Shown here piece by piece: positions 9,544-21,259 of a stretch of DNA of 41,350 nt; positions within the stretch are counted from its first letter, which is position 1; the number at the start of each line of letters is the position of its first letter. Both the position numbers and the translations under genes were made by a program. The stretch is taken from assembly GCF_018977255.1 (NCBI RefSeq), contig NW_024705476.1, forward strand, positions 1-41,350, given 5' to 3'. The DNA comes from Callorhinchus milii (taxonomy: Eukaryota). Under the pieces are notes generated by a model that was not told the origin of the DNA, made no database searches, and was given only the letters and a program-made list of their open reading frames with translations.

Positions 9544-12277
9544 TGTTGTATGTGTTGTGTTATGAAATTTTGATAAAAATAATAAAAATTAATAATTTTC
9601 CGAAAAATGCGCAAATCGCATTAATTATGATAGTGTGTGTATTAATATGCATAAATTATGATAATGCGTGTAATTATATGCATAAATTATGATAATCGTA
9701 GTAATTTATGCGGATGCTTGCGGTTATGTTAATGTGTGCAGTTATGTTAATTAGGCTTGGTTTCGTTTATCCAGGGTTATATCAATCAGGATAACACGAT
9801 TATCATCGATTAAACATTTGCTGATTATCTTAGTGTGTTTATTATTTTTAGTCTCCAGGTTCAGATCTCATCACAGGATACAGTTGTCAAGAATAAGACA
9901 GTTTTGCATGGACTTGGAAAGAAGCACTCGAACAGTTGGTGTTAAGCAATTTTAATTCTAAACAAGCACATGACACTCTAGTATGCGAAAGCGAGTATAC
10001 GTCAATAAATTCATGGGCAATCTTATGCAATTAACGAAATTGAATGACTAAAAATACTTCTTCATTGGCGAAATTATGCAGTTAACGAAAATGAATGACT
10101 AAAACATTTCTTATTCATGCAACTCGACGGCAGCAACTGCTTTGCACGATCAGTTGATTTTGAACGCACCACCTCGAAATGGCAACCCTTTTTGAAACGC
10201 AAAGATCACTTTTTGAAAGTCTTATTCGTGTGCGTGCTGTGTGTGCGTTGTCCTCTCGTAATATTAATTGTGTCGTTAGCTTGTGTGGTGTAGGAGGATA
10301 CAAACAGCGGCCAGGTGTTCCTCTCGATTGGGCGTGGCCGCCGCAAGCTCCTGCTGCTCCCTCGCTCGGCGTGTCGCTCGGCTTTTGCTCTCTCTCTCTC
10401 TCTCCACTGCTGGATTGAGCGGCGTTGGCACGATGCTGTCCTTGAAGATGCTCGGTCGCTCGTGTCACTCGGTGTCGCTCGGTGGCGCACGGTGGCGCCC
10501 GGTGGCGCACGGTGGCGCAGGGTGGCGCACGGTGGCGCAAGGTGGCGCACGCGCTTTCTTGGTGGCAGCCCCCGGCTTCTCCACTGCTCGATTGATTGTT
10601 GAGTCGGCACGATGCTCGCCGTCGCTCTGGACGTCTTGTGTGTTCACACTGGTCGTTGGTCGGTGTGCCCTCAGGCACACGGCGCATTCGATGTCGCTGT
10701 CCTCTCCCTCGCAGCCGTTTGACCAGGCTTCCTCCACTGCTTCGCGCTCTCTGCTTTGCTCGCTTGGTCGACGCTTGGCGATCTCCGCCCTTTTACAGGT
10801 TGATTGCTTATCGTCACTCGTCACTCTCTCTCTGCTCCGTGTTCCTTTTGTTCGTGCGGCTGCCAGCTTTACTCGCACTTAACTTCGTTCTGCGAGAAGC
10901 GACACCTGCTATCGGCATCGGTGTTTCGTGTCCTCACGACGCTCCACCAGCCGGAGCACGGCTGAAACCCAGCCCCGACCCAGGTTGAACTCAGACTTCT
11001 GCGACTCGAACGACTCCTTCTCGTTCCATCACTTCTCGAGGCACAACCGCCCCAGCTCTCTTGCGAGCCCCCGTCGCAACGCTGCGTCGCAAGCCGAGTT
11101 GCGAGACTGAGCGCGACTCGAACAGACTGCTCTCAGACTGTCACTTTAACGATGTCTCGTCGTTCCATCTCTCCTCGAGGCACGACTGCCACAGCTCCCT
11201 TGCGTGCCCCGTCGCAACGCTGAGCTCGGCTCGGACTAGACTGCTCGTTCGCTGTGTGTGTCTAACTTAAAACGTGACTCCCTTCTCTCTGCATTCCTTG
11301 CGAGCGGGCAACAAAAAAAAACAAACAAACAGAGCGAGAAGAACCAGACACCGGTGCGATCCCTCCTCGTGACCTTTTCCTAACCCTCCAAGCATTCCTG
11401 GGCCATCTGTTTGTGCTGCGGGGAGACAAAGGCGGCCGTGCTTAACTCAAACACGCGAGCACCCACTCGTTTCTCCGCGTCTCTTGCGAGAGAAAACAAA
11501 CCATGTCAGCACAAACCCCCCCCCCCCTTGTGACCTTTTGCTCCCTCCTTGCTTGTCAGGCCCTGCTGGAAGACAAAGGTGGCTGAGGAGATGTTTGCAA
11601 TACATTTATGTGGTCCTGTGTGTTACATTTATTCTTGAATTATATTTTATGAGTTCCTTCGGTCTTGGTATCGTGGTTATCATTCGTCTATGTTTAATGA
11701 ATATTCGTAATGCTCCTCGTCACATTATTATTTTGGGGCTTCGCTCAGTTTAGTTCTCCAGAGATTGGTGTTTATTCCGAGTTAATTTTTTTATGTCCTG
11801 AGGTTAAGTGCACGCACTTAAGCTTTCTGGAATTCGTACTCTTTAGTTTTTCGGAAGGTCGTGTAGATAGGAAACATATACTTCTAAATAATATGTATGC
11901 GGTGAATATAAGGGAATTACTAATAATAATATTATTGTTTGTTGGTTAATTATCTATGTTAAGTTTCTACTTTTCGGTAAGGAAAACGTTAAGAAAACGC
12001 GAGTTTCAACCGTTGTTTGCTCTGCACCTTATCTGTACATCTCCAGATGTCTTTGGGAGGTTAGTCCATACATCTTTTGTCTATCTGGATGTCTATGACC
12101 TCTCTGTCACCGACTTCTTACCAGTTTAATGGCCGTTTCACAGATTCCTGGTGTGTTTGTAGTGGGTTGTTTTCAATTTTTAATTAAAAGGTATATATAG
12201 ATATAATAAAAAGAGAATTTTTTTTTTCCTTAATTATTCTTAATATTAATAACGGAAAACAGGGCATAGATCCAACA
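9544..12277 (-). repeat. LTR 2 (shared, 2734 bp)
   Basis: Same termini; flanked by the PBS of unit 1 and the PPT of unit 2. Confidence 0.93.
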
Positions 12278-12541
12278 ATCCGCCCTTTTGAAAATTTTCA
12301 GTGGTCGATTCGGCCACTGGCGAATTTTTAAACAAAGTAAATGCCCTGTTTTTTCGTTATAAATCCATCAGCCGCCCTCACTCTCGGCGGTTATTTCTTA
12401 CGACGCGCGTGCACGTATTACAGTCTTGATATGGTTACATTTGAATTGAGCAAAGAAAATTAAACAAACGTTAAACATCGATATTGCGTTACATCGGTTC
12501 TCATACATCATAACTCCGACGAATATTCATTTTTGTTTTTG

Positions 12542-15151
12542 TTAAATCCTGGGAAACGCTAGGTAGCGGTTTCGAACGCATTTATGCGTTACCTTCCTCA
12601 TGTTGCCTCGTTTACCACTTATCACTTTGATAATTCGATCACGGTTTTCGGGTTCGTTTTTGTAGTTTCCTCTCTCACTCTCTCGCGTCGTGGGAGTGTG
12701 TGGTGAAAAATTGTGCTGCACATAACCAGAATTCGCGCACACGACCCACTTTGACACTTGGTTCGAGGCATTCGCTCTCTCTGCGATTACATGCACATTT
12801 GCCGAGTCAGTGTGTCGATTTAATTCTGTCCCTCGTAATGTTGCCCTCTTTGTTTTTACGAGTGTGTTGGATTTCAACACCATTCCCGATACGTCATGGA
12901 CATTCGTCTCCATTTTAGCACTCCGATCCACATAATTTTTGGTTTCCCTTGGATATTTTCCATTCAAAGGCTCACGCCTGCGCTCCTCAGGGCGTGTCTC
13001 TGTGTTCTCTCTTTGTACCGTCCGATCACTCTTCCATTCAACCCTGTCCTTGTATTCGATCCGCGCGTCATTTACGGGAGCACTGTCCACGTTTTTGCCC
13101 GCCCTGTCACTTGCAGCCTGCTCAGGGTTTAACACCTCGGCGGGTGGGGCGCGTGTTGGCCGCTCGCTCGCACTCACTGTGGATGGTTCATCACGTATTT
13201 GGACCGCATTCTGTGTTATTCCTCTATTCCCTCCTGGTATAGCCGGTGGAGGAATTGGTCGGAATTGGATCGATTGTGTTTGACCTCCCATCCTGCGATT
13301 CTCCTGAATGTTCGCATCCATACCTCCGCGGTCTGTGTAACACCTTCCCGCTAGGTGGTTATCTTCCCATCTCTGTGCGTAATTTGAACCTTGCGTGTGT
13401 CGTGGGATGGGGTGTTGATATGGTTCTGCTCTGAACCTCTCCCTCCTGCGATTCTCGTACATTTTTAGCCCAGTATTTCTCCCATTTGGGTGCCAAATTT
13501 TTCCTGGATTGTTACCTCGCCATCTTTGTGGGTAATTTTGATCTTGTGTGTGTCGTGGCATGGGGTGTTGGTATGGTTCTATTCTGAACCTCCCCCTCCT
13601 GCGATTCTCGTACATTTTTGGCCCAGTGTTTCTCCCATTTGGGTGCCAAATTTTTGGATCGTTTACTTCGCCATCCTGTGGGTAATTTTGACCTTGCGTG
13701 TGTCGGGGCATGGGGTGTTGATATGATTCTGCCTTGGCTCCACATTCTGTGATTCTCCTGAATGTTCGGCTTTGTGCCGCTCTCATTCTCGTGCCAACCT
13801 CTCTCTGGGTTATTTTGCCATGGTGCGTGCGTTTCTGCTCCGTCCTGCATTGTGGGACTGCTCGGTGATTTTTATTCCTCTCTGAGAGGCTGGGTTCCTC
13901 ATCCCTCTCCCTGTGTTCTGGATCCGAATTATGATTCTTAGCTCTGTATAACCATGCCATGTACGCCTTGCTCTCTATGCGGCGTAAGGATGCGGTTTCT
14001 GGATTCAAAACCATCCTCACCCTTTCTGTAATCTCTGGGCTCAAGGATTCAAAAAACATAATTTTGAACATTTTATCTCCTTCGTGGTATTGATTCACAT
14101 CGCCTGCGTAATACGCTCTTTTAAATTGGACGAGGTAGTCACGTGGATCTTGGTCCATGCCCTGGGTCATCGATTTTACAGCATAAAACCCCTCAGTGAG
14201 TGTCGAATATTCTCCAAACTTCCGAATCACTGCCAGGCTCAATTGTTTAAAATCATTTCTAACCTTGTGTGGTAGTGACTTTACCCATGGAATAGATTCT
14301 TTATGTAAGGTCCGTTTCAACAAACTCGCTTTTTCATCCCGTCTCCTCAGCCCTCTAATCATTGCCTCCTCTTCTACGGTTGCGATATGTGTGTGGATAT
14401 CCATAGTCTTATTGTGGGGGTCAAAATCGGGAATTCTGACTAGAGCCTTGTCCATCAATTTAAGGGTTTTACTGGTGAATAGGTATTCCGAAAGTTGATT
14501 GCCGACAGCGTCATCATCAAACAAGTTATCATCAGGCAATCTGTCACTTTGGTCTGTGCTGTGTCGCTTGTGTTTAAGTGGTGTGCATTTTCTGTGTGCG
14601 CGCCCAGTGCCGTGTCGCTCGTGTTGCCATTTCCCTTCAGTTTTTGCCTCTGCCCTTAGTGTACCATGTCCTGGCGATTTTACTTTAACTTTTGTGCGAT
14701 CAATCCCTGGACTCTGTCCACGTACCCAAGAGTGTGATTTAATGTCACTTCCATATTTATTCTGTGGATCCACGTCTGTGAGTTTCGCTGGTGTCGCGAG
14801 CTGATTTCTCCTCCCTCTCGAGGGTGTGAGGACATTTCTTCGTTTATTAGAGACTGATTTCTCTCCCGTTTCCTTTCCAAATTTTCCCTCATTCCACAAT
14901 CCCTGTCTGTATGCCTGTGTGAGAAGGAATGAGTCCTGTCCTGCCTTCTCTGCAGTTTTTGCATCGTGTTCGCCTTCGTTACCTTTTATCCAGTCAATTA
15001 GTTTCCCCCGAGGTGTGTTCGTGTTATCGATACAGCTCCCTTCCCATATGTCTCTCTGACTGTACTGCTTTGTAACAGATTGGTCGGTACGTTTAAATAC
15101 GAGCTCCCCGTATCCCGTAACCCATTCAAAAATTATTCTTAATCCTAGCAT
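12542..15151 (-). CDS. gag: Gag-like protein, 869 aa variant (unit 2)
   Basis: Open from start to stop, with a 129-bp in-frame deletion and short compensating frameshift segments relative to unit 1. Confidence 0.7.
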   Translation of the reverse strand: MLGLRIIFEWVTGYGELVFKRTDQSVTKQYSQRDIWEGSCIDNTNTPRGKLIDWIKGNEGEHDAKTAEKAGQDSFLLTQAYRQGLWNEGKFGKETGEKSVSNKRRNVLTPSRGRRNQLATPAKLTDVDPQNKYGSDIKSHSWVRGQSPGIDRTKVKVKSPGHGTLRAEAKTEGKWQHERHGTGRAHRKCTPLKHKRHSTDQSDRLPDDNLFDDDAVGNQLSEYLFTSKTLKLMDKALVRIPDFDPHNKTMDIHTHIATVEEEAMIRGLRRRDEKASLLKRTLHKESIPWVKSLPHKVRNDFKQLSLAVIRKFGEYSTLTEGFYAVKSMTQGMDQDPRDYLVQFKRAYYAGDVNQYHEGDKMFKIMFFESLSPEITERVRMVLNPETASLRRIESKAYMAWLYRAKNHNSDPEHRERDEEPSLSERNKNHRAVPQCRTEQKRTHHGKITQREVGTRMRAAQSRTFRRITECGAKAESYQHPMPRHTQGQNYPQDGEVNDPKIWHPNGRNTGPKMYENRRRGRFRIEPYQHPMPRHTQDQNYPQRWRGNNPGKIWHPNGRNTGLKMYENRRRERFRAEPYQHPIPRHTQGSNYAQRWEDNHLAGRCYTDRGGMDANIQENRRMGGQTQSIQFRPIPPPAIPGGNRGITQNAVQIRDEPSTVSASERPTRAPPAEVLNPEQAASDRAGKNVDSAPVNDARIEYKDRVEWKSDRTVQRENTETRPEERRREPLNGKYPRETKNYVDRSAKMETNVHDVSGMVLKSNTLVKTKRATLRGTELNRHTDSANVHVIAERANASNQVSKWVVCANSGYVQHNFSPHTPTTRESERGNYKNEPENRDRIIKVISGKRGNMRKVTHKCVRNRYLAFPRI

Positions 15152-15509
15152 CTTAGGTATGGCGGAAGTTACTTTGACATTTCTTTTCAGAGTGCATATA
15201 AAACAATTATCTCACAGAGTGTAGTCAATTTGACTCGAGCTATCTGTTATTTTCCGATTCAGAGTGCGTACCTCTAACACCATTTATCACAGGATGCAAT
15301 TGGTTTGATACGATATTATCTTAATTCCACTGTCTCTGTTTTAACCTGCTATTCTGGGTTTTAACCTTAGAGGGCGTTTTTTAGTTTTCCGCCCGTTCAC
15401 AATCACCATGCAATGTTCGATCCTGATATTCTGGTTAACACGAAGTGATTCATTCCATCATCCATGCAAAACACTGTCTGCGAGAGATCCCGGACGACGC
15501 CACCCATTA

Positions 15510-18089
15510 TGTTGTATGTGTTGGAATTATGAAATTTTGATAAAAATAATAAAAATTAATAATTTTCCGAAAAATGCGCAAATCGCATTAATTATGATAG
15601 TGTGTGTATTAATATGCATAAATTATGATAATGCGTGTAATTATATGCATAAATTATGATAATCACGGAGATAATCGTAGTAATTTATGCGGATGCTTGC
15701 GATTATGTTAATGTGTGCAGTTATGATAATTTGCTTAGTTTCGTTTATCCAGGTTTATCAATCAGGATAACACGATTATCATCGATTAAACATTTACCGA
15801 TTATCTAGTGTGTGTTATTATTTTTAGGTCTCCATTTTCAGATCTCATCACAGGATACAGTTGTCAAGAATAAGACAGTTTTGCATGGACTTGGAAAGAA
15901 GCACTCGAACAGTTGGTGTTAAGCAATTTTAATTCTAAACAAGCACATGACACTCTAGTATGCGAAAGCGAGTATACGTCAATAAATTCATGGGCAAAAT
16001 TATGCAGTTAACGAAAATGAATGACTAAAACATTTCTTATTCATGCAACTCGACGGCAGCAACTGCTTTGCACGATCAGTTGATTTTGAACGCACCACCT
16101 CGAAATGGCAACCCTTTTTGAAACGCAAAGATCACTTTTTGAAAGTCTTATTCGTGTGCGTGCTGTGTGTGCGTTGTCCTCTCGTAATATTAATTGTGTC
16201 GTTAGCTTGTGTGGTGTAGGAGGATACAAACAGCGGGCCAGTGTTCCTCTCGATTGGGCGTGGCCGCCGCAGACTCCTGCTGCTCCCTCGCTCGGCGTGT
16301 CGCTCGGCTTTTGCTCTCTCTCTCTCTCTTCCACTGCTGGATTGAGCGGCGTTGGCACGATGCTGTCCTTGAAGATGCTCGGTCGCTCGTGTCACTCGGT
16401 GTCCCTCCGGGGCGCACGGTGGCGCCTGGCGCACGGTGGCGCAGGGTGGCGCACGGTGGCGCAAGTGGCGCACGCGCTCTTGGTGGCAGCCCCGGCTTCT
16501 CCACTGCTCGATTGATTGTTGAGCGGCACGATGCTCGCCGTCGCTCTGGACGTCTTGTGTGTTCACACTGGTCGTTGGTCGGTGTGCCCTCAGGCACACG
16601 GCGCATTCGATGTCGCTGTCCTCTCCCTCGCAGCCGTTTGACCAGGCTTCTCCACTGCTTCGCGCTCTCTGCTTTCTCGCTTGGTCGACGCTGGCGATCC
16701 GCCCTTTTACAGGTTGATTGCTTGTCGTCACTCGTCACTCTCCTGCTCCGGTTCCCTTGTCGTGCGGCTGCCAGCTTACTCGCACTTAACTTCGTTCTGC
16801 GAGAAGCGACCCGCTATCGGCATCGGTGTTTCGTTTCCTCACGACGCCCCCAGCCGGAGCACGGCTAAACCCAGCCCCGACCCAGGTGAACTCAGACTTC
16901 TGCGACTCGACGAACCCTCTCGTTCCATACTTCTCGAGGGCACACCGATGCCCCAGCTCTCTTGCGAGCCCCGTCGCAACGCTGCGTCGCAAGCCGAGTT
17001 GCGAGACTTGAGCGACCGACCCAGACTGCTCTCAGGCTGGCCACTTAACGATGTCTCGTCGTTCCATCTCTTCTCGAGGGCACGGACTGCCACAGCTCCC
17101 TTGCGTGCCCCGGTCGCAACGCTGAGCTTCGGCCGGACTAGACTGCTCGTCGTGGTTGCTGTCTAACTTAAAACGTGACTCCCTTCTCTCTGCATTCCTT
17201 GCGGAGCGGGCAAAAAAAAAAACAAACAAACAGAGCGAGAAGAAACAGACACCGGGCGATCCCTCCTCGTGACCTTTTCCTAACCCTCCAAGCATTCCTG
17301 GGCCATCTGTTTGTGCTGCGGGGAGACAAAGGCGGCCGTGCTTAACTCAAACGCGAGCACCCTCCTCTCTCGCGTCTCTGCGGAGAGAAAACAAACCAAT
17401 GTCACACAAACCCCCCCCCCTTGTGACCTTTTTTGCTCCCTCCTTTGCTGTCAGCCCGCTGGAAGACAAGGTGGCTGAGGAGATGTTGCAATACATTTAT
17501 GTGGTCCTGTGTGTTACATTTTTCTTGAATTATATTTATGAGTTCCTTCGGTCTTGTATCGGGTTATCATCGTCTATGTTTAATGAATATTCGTAATGCT
17601 CCTCGCACAATTATTTGGGCTTCGCCAGTTTAGTCTCCAGAGATTGGTGTTTATTCCGAGTTAATTTTTTTAGCCTAAAAATCATACGGAATCGCACTCT
17701 TTAGTTTTTGGAAGGTCTGTAGATAGGAAACATAATAATAATAGAAAAAATATTATTGTTTTGGTTAATTATCTTTGGTTAAGTTTCTACTTTTCGGTAA
17801 GGAAAACGTTAAGAAAACGCGAGTTTCAACCGTGTTTGCTCTGCACCTTATCTGTACATCTCCAGATGTCTTGGGAGGTTAGTCCATACATCTTTTGTCC
17901 ATCTGGATGTCATGACCTCTCGTCACCGATTCTTACCAGTTTAATCGCCGTTTCACAGATTCCTGGTGTGTTTGAGTGGGTGTTTTCCATTAATTAAAAA
18001 AGGTATATATAGATATAAATAAAAAAGAGAAATATTTTTTTCTTAATTATTCTTAATATAATAACGGAAAACAGGGCATAGATCCAACA
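15510..18089 (-). repeat. LTR 3 (shared, 2580 bp, many small deletions)
   Basis: Same termini; numerous 1-3-bp deletions relative to LTRs 1, 2 and 5. Confidence 0.88.
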
Positions 18090-18433
18090 ATCCGCCCTTT
18101 TAAAAATTTTCAGTGGTCGATCGGCCACTGGCGAATTTTTAAACAAAGTAAATGCCCTGTTTTTTCGTTATAAATCCATCAGCCGCCCCCACTCTCGGCG
18201 GTTATTTTACGACGCGCGTGCACGTATTCCAGTCTTGATATGGTTACATTTGATTGAGTAAAGAAAATTAAACAAACGTTAAACATCGATATTGCGTTAC
18301 ATCGGTTCTCATACATCATAACTCCGACAATATTCATTTTGTTTTGCTTAACAGGTACATGAAGAGCAAAGAAAAAAACAAACGAAACACGATTGTTACA
18401 ATGTCTATACATAACTCGAATATTCTTTGTTTT

Positions 18434-20939
18434 TTAAATCCTGGAAACGCTAGGTAGCGGTTCGAACGCATTATGCGTTACCTTCCTCATGTTGCCTCGT
18501 TTACCACTTATCACTTTGATAATCGATCACGTTTTCGGGTTCGTTTTGTAGTTTCCTCTCTCACTCTCTCGCGTCGTGGGAGTGTGTGGTAAAAAATTGT
18601 GCTGCACATAACCAGAATTCGCGCACACGACCCACTTTGACACTTGGTTCGAGGCATTCGCTCTCTCTGCGATTACATGCACATTTGCCGAGTCAGTGTG
18701 TCGATTTAATTCTGTCCCTCGTAATGTTGCCCTCTTTGTTTTTACGAGTGTGTTGGATTTCAACACCATTCCCGATACGTCATGGACATTCGTCTCCATT
18801 TTAGGCACTCCGATCCACATAATTTTGGTTTCCCTTGGATATTTTCCATTCAAAGGCTCATGCCTGCGCTCCTCAGGGCGTGTCCCTGCTGTCTGTTTTT
18901 GTACTGTCCGATCACGCTTCAATGCAACCCTGTCCTTGTATTCGATCCGCGCGTCATTTACGGGAGCACTGTCCACGTTTTTGCCCGCCCTGTCACTTGC
19001 AGCCTGCCTGTATTTCACATTGAGCCGGGTTTAAACTCGGCGTGTGGCGCGTATGGGCTGCCCGCTCTCAATCACTGTGGATGGTTCATCACGTATTTGG
19101 ACCGCATTCTGTGTTATTCCTCTATTCCCTCCTGGTATAGCCGGTGGAGGAATTGGTCGGAATTGGATCGATTGTGTTTGACCTCCCATCCTGCGATTCT
19201 CTGAATGTTCGCATCCATACCTCCGCGGTCTGTGTAACACCTTCCCGCTAGGTGGTTATCTTCCCATCTCTGTGCGTAATTTGAACCTTGCGTGTGTCGT
19301 GGGATGGGGTGTTGATATGGTTCTGCTCTGAACCTCTCCCTCCTACGATTCTCTACATTGGCCCAGTTTTTCCCATTTGGGTGCCAAATTTTTCCTGGAT
19401 TGTTACTTCGCCATCCCTGTGGGTAATCTTGACCTTGCGCATGTCGGGCATGGGGTGTTGGTATGGTTCTGCTCCTCCCTCCTGCGATTCTCCTGAATGT
19501 TCGGCTTTGTGCCGCTCTCATTCTCGTGCCAACCTCTCTCTGGGTTATTTTGCCATGTGTGCGTGCGTTTCTGCTGCTCCTGCATGTGGGACTGCTCGGT
19601 GATTTTTATTCCTCTCTGAGAGGCTGGGTTCCTCATCCCTCTCCCTGTGTTCTGGATCCGAATTATGATTCTTAGCTCTGTATAACCATGCCATGTACGC
19701 CTTGCTCTCTATGCGGCGTAAGGATGCGGTTTCTGGATTCAAAACCATTCTCACCCTTTCTGTAATCTCTGGGCTCAAGGATTCAAAAAACATAATTTGA
19801 ACATTTTATCTCCTTCGTGGTATTGTTCACATCGCCTGCGTAATACGCTCTTTAAATGTAAAGTAGTCACGTGGATCTTGGTCCATGCCCTGGGTCATCG
19901 ATTTTACAGCATAAAACCCCTCAGTGAGTGTCGAATATTCTCCAAACTCGAATCACTGCCAGGCTCAGTTGTTTAAAATCATTTCTAACCTTGTGTGGAG
20001 TGACTTACCCATGGATAGAATCTTTATGTAAGCTCGTTTCAACAAACTCGCTTTTCATCCCGTCTCCTCAGCCTCTAATCATTGCCTCCTCTTCACTGTC
20101 GCGATATGTGTGTGGATATCCATACTTATTGTGTGGGTCAAAATCGGGAATTCTGACTAGAGCCTTGTCCATCAACTTAAGGGTTTTACTGGTGAATAGG
20201 TATTCCGAAAGTTGATTGCCGACAGCGTCATCATCAAACAAGTTATCATCAGGCAATCTGTCACTTTGATCTGTGCTGTGTCGGCTGTGTTAAGTGGGTG
20301 CATTTTCTGTGTGCGCGCCCAGTGCCGTGTCGCTCGGTTGCCATTTCCCTTCAGTTTGCCTCTGCCCTTAGTGCATTCCTGTCGACTTTATAACATTTCT
20401 CCCTCGTGAGTTGTCAGTCTCACATTTTTTTGCATAGTATCTCCTCCCTTCTCGAATAGGTTCCCTGTCAAGATTTTTGTCGATTCCAAATTTTGTGCGA
20501 TTAGTCCCTGGACTCTGTCCACGTACCCAAGAGAGTGATTTAATGTTACTTCCATATTTATTCTGTGGATCAACGTCTGTGAGTTTCGCTGGTGTCGCGA
20601 GCCGATTTCTCCTCCCTTCGATGGTGTGAGGACATTTCTCCTCGTTTATTAGAGACGATTTCTCTCCGTTTCCTTTCCAAATTTTTCCTCATTCCACAAT
20701 CCCTGTCTGTATGCCTGTGTGAGAAGGTATGAGTCCTGTCCTGCCTTCTCTGCATTTTTGCATCGGTTCGCCTTCGTTACATTTTATCCAGTCAATTAGT
20801 TCCCCGAGGGTGTTCGTGTTATCGATACAGCTCCCTCCATATGCTCTGACTGTACTGCTTTGTAACAGATGGTCGGTATGTTTCAATACGAGTTCCCAGT
20901 ATCCCGTAACCCATTCAAATATTATCTTAATCCTAGCAT
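18434..20939 (-). pseudogene. gag: Frameshifted gag copy (unit 3); lesions may be consensus errors
   Basis: Fragment ORFs 18527-19018, 19545-19793 and 20068-20256 match unit-1 Gag; one fewer 153-bp repeat. Confidence 0.75.
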
Positions 20940-21259
20940 CTTAGTATGGCAAGAGTTACTTGACATTTCCTTTTAGAGTGCATAAAAACATTATCTCACA
21001 GAGTGTGTCAGTTTGCATCGAGCATTCTGTATTTCCGATTCAGAGTGCTACTCTAACACCATTTATCACAGCATCGTTTATACGTTATCTTAATTCCATG
21101 TCTTTTTTCAACCTGCTATCTGGTTTAACCTAGAGGCGTTTTTTTTTACGCCCGTTACAATCACCATGCAATGTTCGATCCCGATATTCTGGTTACACGT
21201 AGTGTTCATTCCATCATCCATGCAAAACCTGTCTGAGAGATCCCGGACGAGCCACCATA

